Shown: positions 13,901 through 31,060, numbered from the stretch's first letter. The stretch is DNA of 64,000 nt from Hormiphora californensis (GCA_020137815.1 CM035352.1:2108001-2172000); one strand, 5' to 3'. The notes: a model not told the origin generated them from the letters alone. Made by a program: numbers and translations.

Positions 13901-16900
13901 TATACTTTCCTCATTTAGCGTTGCTTATTCCACTTAATTTAATTTATATTAATCTATGTTTTGTTTCCAGCACACGCCCAGACAAACTCCTACTTCGAAG
14001 AGGGTCAGGATATAACAATGACAATTCAGTTCTCGGATAATATCAAATCACCTGTTGAATGGTAAGCATCGTGTTCTGCTATAACTGGACTGCTCGGGTG
14101 AAAGGGTAGCATGTAGTCAGACCCCGATTTACCGGGGTGAAAGCACCTAGGCTGCCACACTAGGGACTCAGAAATTAGCAGTTAAAATACCGGGGTGTAC
14201 TGTAAATCAAGGCCTGATTTACCGGGGTGTACTGTAAATCAGGGCCCGATTTACCGGGGTGTACTATAAATCAGGGCCTGATTTACCGGGGTGTACTGTA
14301 AATCAGGGCCCGATTTACCGGGGTGTACTATAAATCAGGGCCCGATTTACCGGGGTGTACTGTAAATCAGGGCCCGATTATTAATTTCTGGCTCCATCAG
14401 GTATGATGAAGAGGATGGTATAACGTATGAAGCCACTTCTAGCGCTAAACGAGCTGCAGATGATTGGAAAATAGTAGCAGAATTTAGTGGGAAAACCACA
14501 ACTCTGACTGCGCCCAAAGGTAAACACTGAACGTGATGTAATACATGTATTATATACATATACTACTATAACGAGAATACCCATCTAATCAATTATATTC
14601 TTAGTTAAATAGTGTATAAGAAATCACCAGATTGTAACCCTACGGCCTATAACAGTAACACCTTAGACTAAGGTGTTACTGTTATAGGCCGTAGGGTTAC
14701 AATCTGGTGATTAGTACCACTATAAAACACAGTAGGTACTGCTAGAGGAATATTGATACAACAGTTTTTATCACCCAGGATCAACCATAAAGAGCACTCG
14801 GACATTCAAAATCTCTGCAATGGTAGAACTAGGCACTGGTCAGGTGAAAAGGTTCGAGCGTAGAGCTCTTGATATTTACTGTAAGTAAGCAATTTATCGA
14901 GGGTTATGTGTGCTTTTCATATTTGGGTGGCATGTTTCACGTGTTGCCCAAATATGGTATGTCATGCCCTAATATGGCTTGTCACGTGTTTTAACATTTT
15001 TTAACTGCTGCCGTTATTGTTAACTTTTGTTGCCCAACAGCGGTTAAGACTGTGAGCGCCCTGATTGACAGCGATGCTGGTGTTACCAAAGGACGTGGTA
15101 TAGTGGAGTTCGATGGACTTCCCAACTTTCATGGGCTTCCCTCTGTTAAGACTAACGGAGAGCTCTCTGTCGATTTCGACTCAAAGTACGTACACTGTGT
15201 GATAGGGAATCAAATTAAAATTGAAGCATTGTGTACTTTACACTTAATCGATTCTAGGTGATTGCAAATTACTAATCGACGGATGTATTTCAGTAACCAT
15301 GACAACAACGTGTTCATATTCGTTACCCCTACTGAAGCAATTAAAACTACAACATCGGTTGACGTGGTTGTACAGTTTGGAGATGGTGAAAGCAACACCC
15401 AATCATTAACGTTTGGGGGAGCAAGTAAGTCTCAATTACATTTTCAAATTATTTCCATCATATGTACCAAGCAACATCTCCTGCACACCTTTTACTATAA
15501 CATCAACTACGATCCCTGGTGTTATCTCTATCGATCCCTGGTATTATCTCTATCGATCTCTGGTGTTATCTCTATCGATCTCTGGTGTTATCTCTATCGA
15601 TCCCTGGTATTATCTCTATCGATCCCTGGTGTTATCTCTACCGATCTCTGGTGTTATCTCTATCGATCCCTGGTATTATCTCTACCGAATCCTGGTGTTA
15701 TCTCTACCCAATCCTGGTATTATCTCTATCGATCTCTGGTGTTATCTCTATCGATCCCTGGTATTATCTCTATCGATCCCTGGTGTTATCTCTACCGATC
15801 TCTGGTGTTATCTCTATCGATCCCTGGTATTATCTCTATCGATCTCTGGTGTTATCTCTATCGATCCCTGGTATTATCTCTATCGATCTCTGGTGTTATC
15901 TCTATCGATCCCTGGTGTTATCTCTACCAATCCCTGGTATTATCTCTATCGATCCCTGGTGTTATCTCTACCGATACCTGGTATCATTTCTTCTCTTTTC
16001 AGGCATCGTGACCGATCCCGCTCTAGACGTAGAATCGAAGCGTGTGGTGTACGATGAGAGCGATGACCGCAGTAAAAATACCAATAAAGCCATATCTTGT
16101 ACCTTTCAAAGTGAAACAACTTTCAACATTATCAGTAAGTAGATATTTGTGTGGTCCACATGCCGTCATATTATTTCTGTGAGGGTTCGGTAGATCAATT
16201 AGGTAGATATCTGTATATTTCTGTGACTTGGTACTACTATTTGATGAAGAACTAATTTGTGTTATAATTTTGATAGCCGAAATCGAAATAAATTTCGATT
16301 TCGGCTATCAAAATTATGACATTTCTGGGCTTTTAATTATGACATCAATTTTGTAGCAGTAGCAGCCTGCACCAGATACATAATTCCCGCTTTGCTAAAA
16401 TAATGGTTGGTGAGAGCGGTAATAAATTTACCTAATTATATCTTCTTTACCTAATTATATCAATTCTTTACTTTAGAAAGCTCCGTTATTGGCAACAAAA
16501 CATCGCTCGACAAGGGTACCGCAGAGCAGATAGATATTCAATGGCATGAAATTGAGATGGATACTAAATCGCTATCATGCTCATTTGAAGTTGAATTCAT
16601 GGGCAATGTCGCATCCTTCTCACGAGAGGTAATTGTAAAAAGAATCACTGCTGCATGCCTCGTTTCCTAACACTGCCAATTGTCAACACAAGGCCATTTT
16701 GGCTTGTTCCTGGATGACATGATATACATAATAGCTGTCTGGCGGCGCCAGAACCCATCAAATTTAATGGGGTCGGCAGTGCCAGACAGAATAATAGCGT
16801 CCATTACCTACGTCTGCTTTTCTTTTTTCCACTTCCAGCTCCAATCGCCGTGAGGGTGTTACCTTTCCTATTGTTACTCACACCTCACACCTTCCTTTCA

Positions 16901-19900
16901 GTTCGAGGTCCTGGAAAAGAAAAGTGAGTTGATGAAGGGATGGATGGGATGGGACACCTGGTCAGGGTGTTGCAGCTATATATGCCTCTCTTTCTCTAGC
17001 TCTACCGTCCTATTTCGGACCTATCATGTTTCAAATTCCTCATCTTTCTTTCTATCCATCTCTCTCATTCTCGCGTCCATGAGGCAAATGTAATCAATGT
17101 AACGATCCTATATGCTAGAAAGGAAATGGAGCTGAGAGAGGTAGAGAGAAACATATGGGTTTAGAACGGAGAGAAAATAGTGGGAGATCTCACAGGGCCG
17201 AGGTGGAAATTGAAAATAGGTCGAGTCAAGTTTCAGGTTCTAAAGCGATTCTGAAAGTGAAAGCTGATAGAAAAAGTAATTTTAGGCACCTAAAATAGAT
17301 CTAGGTGCCTAAAATTAATTTTTCAGTCTCGCTCAATCCTACTCCTAGATGCCACCTGTTTAAAATCTTCCATGAGTGAAACTGGGAAGATTGAATCACA
17401 CATCTAGGGGAGCCACAGGTAATATGGGATACCTAACAACTTTTGGCCATAATTTTTTATCAGATGACAATAAAGTCACGCCGTCTTCATAGATGTGTCT
17501 TATTTGGACCAAGCTAACACATTACCACCAAAACTAACCCAATGAATGCTCCATAACGGAGATCTGGCACTATCCCATATTACCTTGAAAATTTGCAGTG
17601 GAATTTTATTTTGCTAAAATGGGATACCCATTTTTAACGAAAATGGGATATCCCATTTTATCAAAAAATTGGTATCCCATTTTATCAAAATTAATTTTTC
17701 GTCAGTATATGGTAACTTTATTGCACTTTGCTGGGATTAAACTAGTTTGTAATGGTATTCAAGTTTTGTTTATTATTAGTAAGTGGTCTGAAGGCTCCGC
17801 TATAGCCGACAGCCGTGAAATCATGAAAATTTAGAGACAAGCTACCAAATTTCTTCACCAACGGGTCCCTAAAGCCTCAAATAACACTCCTAAGTTCAAC
17901 AGCAGGGGTTAAAGCGTGAACAGGTTCATTTCCTAGCGGGCTGCTACCTGCATATAATTTCAGACAGGTCCACAATTTAGAAATTCTCTAAAAATTGCTA
18001 AAGAATTGGGGACCAAAGAGTTGATCGTTAACACATAATGTGGATAATATTTAGTAATTCCTAAACTAAGAAAGCTACATGGATACCAGAAACCTTTTGG
18101 TGTCTATAATAGAGGATTATATTAATGAGAATTGAATAATTATATCCACACGTGTAGTCGTGTTCTGCAGTTGATACTCGGTGTATTTTTTCAGAATATA
18201 CAAGTTTTTTTCGACTTATAAGCGAAAATAGGCTATAGTACTAATCGTAACTGAGAAATTTGCGTTTAAAATGGCCGTTTAAACAGTCATTTAAAGCCAA
18301 AATTTCATTATCCCATTTTCCCAAAACATGTTTTGGAAAAATGGGATAGTGAAATTTTGGTAAAATGGGGTATCCCATTTCAGTAAAATAAAAGTATCCC
18401 ATTATACCAAAATCATGAGTTTCTATAATTAGCTAATTATAATTAGACACGTTAATTTTGATGCTCTGATCTCTTCAGGTATAGATTATAAATACCTTGC
18501 TCATAAACTAAGCAGATCGATAATTTCTCAAGGAAACAGAGACGTGTGTACCAAATGAAAAAAGTAGCCTGATTTTTTACAATCCGTATTTTAAGATGAC
18601 GAGGGTGTTAGTGTACCATGTAAACATATCCCACCAAGGCTATAAACGGTTTCAGAACTAATCTAAGATCACTAATAAGAGTTATTAACTATTTATGAGC
18701 CTGTAACATGGCCAATCTTTTCAAAACACCGATTTCCCATTTTACCAAATTTCCCATATTACCTGTGGCTCCCCTACTACGTATCAACGGGGGTGCTCAA
18801 ATTGGAATGACATTTAGAAATAAGATCAAATATAATGCCGCAACTTTTCAAATTTTACCTCTCTTATACCTATACTTAGAAACATAGATCAACTTACAGA
18901 AACATAGTAGGTACCTATCCAGCTGTACCCAAGCTGATCAACTATATCAACTATTAATTCCCCTACTAACCACGGTGTTCATTGTTCAGACCATAACTCT
19001 TCATTGTTCATTGTTCAGACCAGAACTCTTCATTGTTCATTGTTCAGACCAGAACTCTTCATCGCTCATTGTTCAGACCATAACTCTTCATTGTTCACTG
19101 TTCAGACCAGAACTCTTCATTGTTCATTGTTCAGACCAGAACTCTTCATTGTTCATTGTTCAGACAATAACTCTTCATTGTTCACTGTTCAGACCATAAC
19201 TCTTCATCGCTCATTGTTCAGACCGTGTAACTCTTCATTGTTCATTGTTCAGACCAGAACTCTTCATTGTTCATTGTTCAGACCAGAACTCTTCATTGTT
19301 CATTGTTCAGACCATAACTCTTCATTGTTCATTGTTCAGACAATAATTCTTCATTGTTCATTGTTCAGACAATAATTCTTCATTGTTCATTGTTCAGACA
19401 ATAACTCTTCATTGTTCATTGTTCAGACCAGAACTCTTCATTGTTCATTGTTCAGACCATAACTCTTCATTGTTCATTGTTCAGACCATAACTCTTCATC
19501 GCTCATTGTTCAGACCATAACTCTTCATTGTTCATTGTTCAGACCAGAACTCTTCATTGTTCATTGTTCAGACCAGAACTCTTCATTGTTCATTGTTCAG
19601 ACCAGAACTCTTCATTGTTCATTGTTCAGACCAGAACTCTTCATTGTTCATTGTTCAGACCATAACTCTTCATTGTTCATTGTTCAGACCAGAACTCTTT
19701 ATTGTTCATTGTTCAGACCATAACTCTTCATTGTTCATTGTTCAGACCATAACTCTTCATTGTTCATTGTCCAGACCATAACTCTTCATTACTCATTGTT
19801 CAGACCATAACTCTTCATTACTCATTGTTCAGACCATAACTCTTCATTGTTCATTGTCCAGACCATAACTCTTCATTACTCATTGTTCAGACCATAACTC

Positions 19901-21558
19901 TTCATTGTTCATTGTTCAGACCATAACTCTTCATTTCCCCTGCAACTGTCAACTAACAACTTCAACTCCAACTACAGGCTCGAAGAACGCAGGAGCAATC
20001 GCAGCTGCAGTGGTGATAGCTATCCTGATCATCGCCATTATTGTAGTGTTCTTTGTATACCGGGCAAGGAAGAGCCGCCGACCAAATAATCAGGTATTAA
20101 ACTATTTACATGATCAATATATGAACAATGTGATTCTCATATTGATTATTAGGTGTTAATATGTATTAACAGAAGTTTACATAAAATAATACTGCCTCTC
20201 CCCGGTTTTATAATCCTAGAGATACTAACATTTCCTAATTCCGTCATTTCAACAGTATCCTACTACTATAGCTAATTGTGATCAGGACAACCGTAATAAC
20301 TAAACGGTTCAATTTGACAACTTGTCGTTTTCATAAAAATTAAATGACATAATAATAGAAAGTTTCAACTTTTCTTCTAGGAATTATCTGATATGACTAT
20401 CGGCTATGAAACAATGAATTCAGATGAAGAATGTTATAGAGTAGGGTGATATACGTGTTTTGGAAATGTGTGTCATTTGTGTGTCAATTCAGCATGGGGT
20501 CCCTTGTGTGTGTTATACATGTGTTCCTGGGCATGCGTAGGAAGAGGTTATTCTTTTGTTCGTATGTGATAAAGTACTAAGTAGTATGGGGAATGGGGAT
20601 GGGAAAATGGAATAGATAATATGGAACTATTTACTTATTCAGAATCAGATTGTCTGGCATGGGAGACTATTAAGAGCACCAGCTGCCCCCCCCCCCCTGT
20701 GTTGTAATTGGGGGTTCGCATTACCGAATCACACCCTTTATAATAAACAGCTATATCAGCTGTTATACAGGAACAGCTATAACAGAGAGAGAGAGCCTAC
20801 TGCTGCAGTCACCACCGATCTCTACACCCTGCATCTGTCTTTCTGTCACGCTCAATCTGTCTCTATAGTTTCTCGTGGGGCACCGGAGCATATTATTTTA
20901 ATCTCTTTCTACTCTCCCCTTCTCTTTATCGATATGATTCCACCTCTATCTCTCTCTCTCTCTCTCTCTCGCTATTCTCCTCCATCACCTCAGGACAAGG
21001 AGTTAGCCGTCCGTGGTGCCGGGGAAATGTTGCCCACAGCCCCAACATCTAATGTCGAGATCCGCCGGGAGACACCGCCGCCCTCTGATCCCTCCTCTGG
21101 GCCTAAAGTCCAAGAGAAAGTGGATGAGGCCTATACATTCCTGGAGAAGGTGCAGAATCGGTTCAAGGGGAGCAACCCGTGCGTGTATTCCCAGTTTTTG
21201 GCGGTACTAGGGGACTACCAGGCGAAGAAGATCACAAAGAGTGCCCTGTTGAATCAAGTTTCAGCCATCCTTCAGGACCATCCAGATCTTAATGGAGAAT
21301 TCGAGAACTTTGTTAGAAAAAAACAAAAAAGGCCAGCGGAAAATGTTTATGTCTCGACAGACACCCAGGTCGGATACCTAGCTGAGATGTCTATTTGTCT
21401 GCAGATTGCTAGCTGTCACTCATCTTCTCAAAATCTCAAATTCACACTTTCTTATTCTCTATCTTTTTTCTCTCTGTCCCTCTGTCTCTCTGTCTCTGTC
21501 TCTCTGTCTCTCTATATATCTCTCTCTCTCTCTCTCCCTCTCTCTCCCTCTCTCTCTC

Positions 21559-21596
<38 letters not shown>

Positions 21597-21908
21597 CTGC
21601 TTACATGTGATTTCAGTAGGGATCCCAGAAGGGTGAAAAATATAAAAAAATGGGGGCATTTTACAATTTACAAGTCATGTGTTTGCCTATTTCGGGATTA
21701 AAATGCCTTGCCTTGCATGTTTCTTAGAATCAGTGGACAGATCTGCTACCCGAAAAGCCCACTTTGTTCATTGTTCTCTTTATGTTTCCTGTTTCCATCC
21801 AGACGTTTAATGTTAAAGAAACACTGTTTTTAATTCAGACTAATCTTCTTTTTTTCACAGGGTGGAGGATCGGTCCATATGAACCAAATGGCTGAGGAGA
21901 GGGCTTAG
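1988..21908 (+). CDS. Multi-exon single-pass type I membrane protein with many Ig-like domains and a cytoplasmic PAH-like domain
   Basis: Exon 1 (1988-2036) is signal peptide-like, MIRRLVVFLYCLLGTS. About 40 GT-AG exons, mostly phase 1, carry Ig motifs (ITFGCSY...LTW, APYTCKM, DPGTYTCLV, DAGSYSCEG). TM exon 19978-20093 reads AGAIAAAVVIAILIIAIIVVFFVY-RARKSRR. Cytoplasmic exon is 20994-21368 and the last exon 21861-21908 reads GGGSVHMNQMAEERA*. Phases around the TM and tail exons are compatible. Confidence 0.8.
2086..3389. repeat. 32-bp minisatellite in intron 1 of the Ig receptor gene
   Basis: Unit gtctggaactgttagccgggtctgggacactt repeated ~40 times, with recurring truncated variants. Confidence 0.95.
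3989..6867 (+). repeat. Recent tandem duplication (~1.4-1.5 kb x2) containing four Ig-gene exons and their introns
   Basis: 3989-5374 and 5375-6867 are near-identical, including introns and an embedded MITE. The ORF track shows duplicated peptides 1482 bp apart. Confidence 0.9.
4723..4831. mobile_element. ~110-bp hAT-like MITE (copy; others at 6205-6312, 41625-41708, 45650-45743, 50636-50752)
   Basis: TIRs caggaac(c/t)gaccga ... tcggtcggttcctg with a shared internal gtcacgtgacctaaataacgagttc. Confidence 0.8.
10807..10955. mobile_element. Short MITE-like inverted repeat
   Basis: tagggacact..acaagaaatccaacg ... cgttggatttcttgtagtgttccta. Confidence 0.55.
12299..13063. mobile_element. Tc1/mariner-like non-autonomous element with long TIRs (family A, copy 1)
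   Basis: TA|acgggtgacaactaaaaatctggacaattttctgtgagctctagcgcc ... ggcgctagagctcacagaaaattgtccagatttttatttgtcacccgt|TA. TIRs exceed 150 bp. A second copy lies at 26280-27042. Confidence 0.9.
14188..14379. repeat. 32-bp tandem repeat related to a MITE terminal motif
   Basis: Unit cccgatttaccggggtgtactgtaaatcaggg, ~6 copies. The same ccccgatttaccgg motif occurs in the MITE at 37916. Confidence 0.85.
14622..14712. repeat. Perfect palindrome, 45-bp arms, 1-nt spacer
   Basis: aatcaccagattgtaaccctacggcctataacagtaacaccttag-a-ctaaggtgttactgttataggccgtagggttacaatctggtgatt. Confidence 0.95.
15511..15985. repeat. 22-bp intronic minisatellite
   Basis: Unit gatccctggtgttatctctatc repeated ~21 times. It explains the three overlapping repetitive ORFs. 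Confidence 0.95.
16264..16317. repeat. Perfect palindrome, 26-bp arms
   Basis: ataattttgatagccgaaatcgaaat-aa-atttcgatttcggctatcaaaattat. Confidence 0.9.
17407..18774. mobile_element. ~1.37-kb non-autonomous DNA transposon
   Basis: TIR ggggagccacaggtaatatggga ... tcccatattacctgtggctcccc, flanked by TA on both sides. Internal aaatgggata(c/t)cccatttt motifs are repeated. No transposase ORF. Confidence 0.8.
18977..19934. repeat. 29-bp intronic minisatellite just upstream of the TM exon
   Basis: Unit cattgttcattgttcagaccagaactctt repeated ~33 times. Confidence 0.95.
20381..20449 (+). CDS. Putative alternative cytoplasmic exon (ELSDMTIGYETMNSDEECYRVG*)
   Basis: Strong acceptor ttttcttctag, in frame (phase 0) with the TM exon. 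It ends at TGA 20447-20449 or could splice at GT 20441. Confidence 0.5.
   Translation, partial: ELSDMTIGYETMNSDEECYRVG
20994..21368 (+). CDS. Cytoplasmic exon encoding a paired amphipathic helix (Sin3 PAH)/harmonin-homology-like domain
   Basis: VDEAYTFLEKVQNRFKGSNPCVYSQFLAVLGDYQAKKITKSALLNQVSAILQDHPDLNGEFENFV fits the PAH pattern A..YL..VK.RF...P.VY..FL.IL..F.....I....V...V..LF..HPDL..EF..F. The exon is 375 nt, phase 0/0, with CAG acceptor and GT donor. Confidence 0.8.
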
Positions 21909-22529
21909 ATAAACACGGGTGGAAAGATAGGTGTATTCATGGAATTAGGGCCTGAATTACTCAAGGGGAAGATTTCCCAAAAAATACCCCGTGCACTTTG
22001 GAAATCGAAATGACGAAACTGAAGACGTTAGGAAATAGGAAGGGGTGTCATGATGCAGGTCTTGAAGGACAATATTTTTCACTTTGGGTGAGATATTTGC
22101 AGGAACGTGGGTCACAAAGCAGTGTGCAGTACTGGACACTGCTTTGTGACCCACGCCAAGTGTGTCAATCGTCGAATACAATGCGAGAATATTAATATCA
22201 AAATCAAATAGCTTTTTTCGCTTATCTATTTTTAATTTACATTTTAGATTTGATTGATTGTTAATTGTTATTTTGCCAGAAATTGACACAGTTGATTTCA
22301 TGAGAGCGATACTCTTTATGTTTTATAGTGTTTAGGAGATGTAGAGGTGAACAGGTGTAGATTTAGAACTATAGATAGTATATTGAGATTTTGAAATGTA
22401 TCAATTTAGATTCAACAGTTTCACCAGATCATATATATGATGTGTTTTGTATTCACCATGGGAGCCATTGGAATTAAAATAGGTGAAGTCACCAGACGGT
22501 AGATCTGGAAGGAATACTGGGAGAGAGAC

Positions 22530-22634
<105 letters not shown>

Positions 22635-24574
22635 TTTCCTCTCTGGTATGTGTGTCCTTCAATGTGATTTAAATGGAACGTCCCACCCTCACTGAGAGAG
22701 GGGGCGGAGGTGGAACTATCGTCACGTGACCAGTTTCCAGCCACCTTATTGGCTGGCTCAGGTGGCATTGGGACCGCCAGGTGGACAACCGAGACCTGGA
22801 TGGTCACATGAGCTACGGAATGGGTAACTTAATACTTCTACGAAGCTCCCTGATCCGCCCCACACAATATTACAACTGCCTCAAATGTACTGCACCTGTT
22901 ATAGCAGAGGGATCATAGTGAGAGAGATGGATAGAAAGAGGGGAGAGAGAAAATAAGATTCGAGGACCTCGAACTGTTATTAAGAATGCCTCGTGATGAA
23001 GCGAGCTAGGCTACTTTCAGTCTGAGAAAAACGAAAGAAGCTGAGGCTATTATTATGAAACTTGACGAATAAAGTCGAGTGTGTGATCACTGGATCGCTA
23101 TTGAAAGCTGCACCTTCTCTTGGTCCCTACAGTGTGCGGTAGAACAAATTAACAGGTACCTCTACCATTTCAAATATGGTTTAAATAACTAGGTAGGTAT
23201 CATGAGGGGCTTCAACGCTTATCCCACTCAGTCACTGTCCCAGGATCACAGAACACATTTTCTCGATATTTCCACAGACCACACTCAACACTGTCAGTGT
23301 CTTCAAGGCAGGTGACAGGTGGTTTTTATGAATTAAAATACTCGCCCGGGTTACATTATTCGGGAAAGGAAGATAGTGTCATTGAGAGCGTCGCTGGAAA
23401 CTTGTTAGTGCCCCATTATAACAGTGTACACCATGTATCTGTCATGTCAATAGACTTGGTAAATATTTCATAACGATAGGGAGTTCCCTGTTCCCCCGAT
23501 TGGTTATGAAAATAGACGCTAGACAAAACTGATTCCCTCTTTTAGGCGACATAACGAGGGCCTTTTACTTTTTAAATTACAAAATAGTATAGTAGTAGTA
23601 CCCTGTACCGCGGGTGTGGAATTAGTCACAGCTTGATTGAAACATATGAGTAGCGCGCGAGACATCAAACTATTAATAGTAAGCTAGTTTCAGCACTCAC
23701 CTTGACCAAACGCGCGGATGAGTTACGCGCGAAACAGTTTCCATCAATTGTCCAGTCCGCGCGCCATGCGGTTTATGTTGGCGCGCCTAAGAAATTATGA
23801 AAAGGTCACCGCGCCGTACGTATCGTCGTACCATGGATCTGCATGACCATTGACAAGCTGTCGCTGAGCTGCAGATGCTCATGCATATGATTTATACGGA
23901 CCATGTCTGACAAGAGGCACAAGTTAATTTATGGAGTTAAGAATAAGGGCTATATACAATATAAACTGTACTTATAAAACCACTAAAGTTCACGCTACAA
24001 ATAATACACACATGCTAGTCTTGAGGGAAAGTTTTGATAAAACGCTACCCATGCAGCTCCTATGATATCTGCAGCAGCACATGTTGCTCCCCACTTCAAT
24101 ACCTATCCAGGATGTTTTGAGGTCGCTCAATATGCACTCTTGGGACGTCGTGAGGGGTATTCGTAATATGGCCCATTGTTGTGGGCCCAATTATCAGATG
24201 CAGCCAGAAAATCATCTGTAGGGAGGGATATAATAGTGGTGTGAGGTGTCATAAAGATGAGTTTTAGAATTACATAAAACATCACTTGAACAAAGATGTC
24301 ACAGTCAAATTGTCACAGTGACATTGTCACTTGTCAGTGACTGCACAATAAAAGTAATAACAGTCATCAATCACTATACTAATATAACTGACACGTTTTG
24401 TGACACACATATTTCAATGCTCTAAGGAGTAGTAGTACATATTAAAACGGATACACCGCGAGAGATTACCCGTTTTGGAAACATATTTACTTAGAACTTT
24501 GCTCTGAAAGACGCTTTTTGGTAAATGGACATGGTATTCAGGTATGAAATACCATTAAATACAACTTCTAAATG

Positions 24575-29906
<5,332 letters not shown>

Positions 29907-30027
29907 CTGAAAGTGGGGGGTTTGTTAATTCCTCCGGTAAAACAAGACAGTATGATTTGTTATGTTCAATAACCCTTCTTTACACAGTGTAGCTAGGCAG
30001 GTAAGTCGGAAGAACCTGTCCGTTCCT

Positions 30028-30375
30028 CTCATGAGCGCTCATGAGTGTATCATGAGTGTGTCATGAGTGTATCATGAGTGTATCATGAGCGCTCATGAGA
30101 CGTTTTTAGGTGTTTCAACGTCTCATGAGCGCTCATGAGTGTATCATGAGCGTGTCATGAGTGTATCATGAGCGCTCATGAGTGCTCATGAGACCTTGCT
30201 CATGAGCGCTCATGAGACATATGTCTCATCCCATCTCTGTTTCAATGTCTCATGAGCGCTCATGAGACGTTTTGACCTACATGTGCTCATGAGTGTATCA
30301 TGAGACATGTCTCATGAGATATATGTCTCATGAGACGTTAGGGTTTGGGTTAGGGTTGGGTTTACGGTTAGCCTA
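30028..30375. repeat. TCATGA-based palindromic tandem repeat followed by a G-rich telomere-like tract
   Basis: ~12-bp units tcatgagcgc / tcatgagtgta, then gttagggtttgggttagggttggg. Confidence 0.85.
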
Positions 30376-31060
30376 GGTGAAACACCCACCACACTATGCA
30401 CCCAATGTCTACTGTCTGAGCATTCACTATAACAGTAGCTGTAGTCATTGTTTCAGCAATGCGTGCAGTAAAGAAAGTCCGATAAAACTTCTGCTTGCAT
30501 TGTGCAAGAAACCAAGTTCTTTCTTTCTCTTACTCCCTCTCTATCTTTCTATTGCTACTTATCTCTCTCTATCTCTCTATCTCTGTCTCTCTTTATCTAT
30601 CTTTCTCTCCCTCACGGAAAGGTGGCTATCAAGTGTTATATGATATTTATGCAAGTAATATATTTAAGCTGTAATCTCGCTGTCACGTACTGAAGAGCCG
30701 GGTAAGTCGAAGGGGAGGGGGGGGGGGGGGCGTTCTCCAAACGGACCTTTTTCTCACATGAATGTATGTTCAGGAAACAAGATACAGTTAGCTAAACAAT
30801 TAACCTTACAATACAGATGGTACTAGTGTGTATTATAACGGTGCTATGCTTCCGTGACCCTATTGTTCTTTCCCTTTGGGTTTTACAAACCCACTTTCCT
30901 ACTAACCAGCTGACACTACTGCCGTGAAACCCCCCCCAACAACCCCAACTGACTTTGTTAGCCTGTTCCCGCCCTTCCCGGGAGCGTGAGAAACCCAATT
31001 GATTTATACAGTAATTAAGTACCATATCATTTTTTGGCTTACACTTAACAAAACATTGAC

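Noticed and set aside
15262-16142. Three overlapping 200-250 aa ORFs
   Set aside because: They arise from a stop-free 22-bp minisatellite; only the flanking exons (~15294-15424, 16003-16134) are coding.
21406-21659. LSLSLS / ERERER ORFs here and throughout the window
   Set aside because: Translations of (AG)n microsatellites.
20934-21701. Stand-alone Sin3 gene
   Set aside because: Only one PAH-like unit, no HDAC-interaction domain nearby, and splice phases link it to the TM exon and a short terminal exon.
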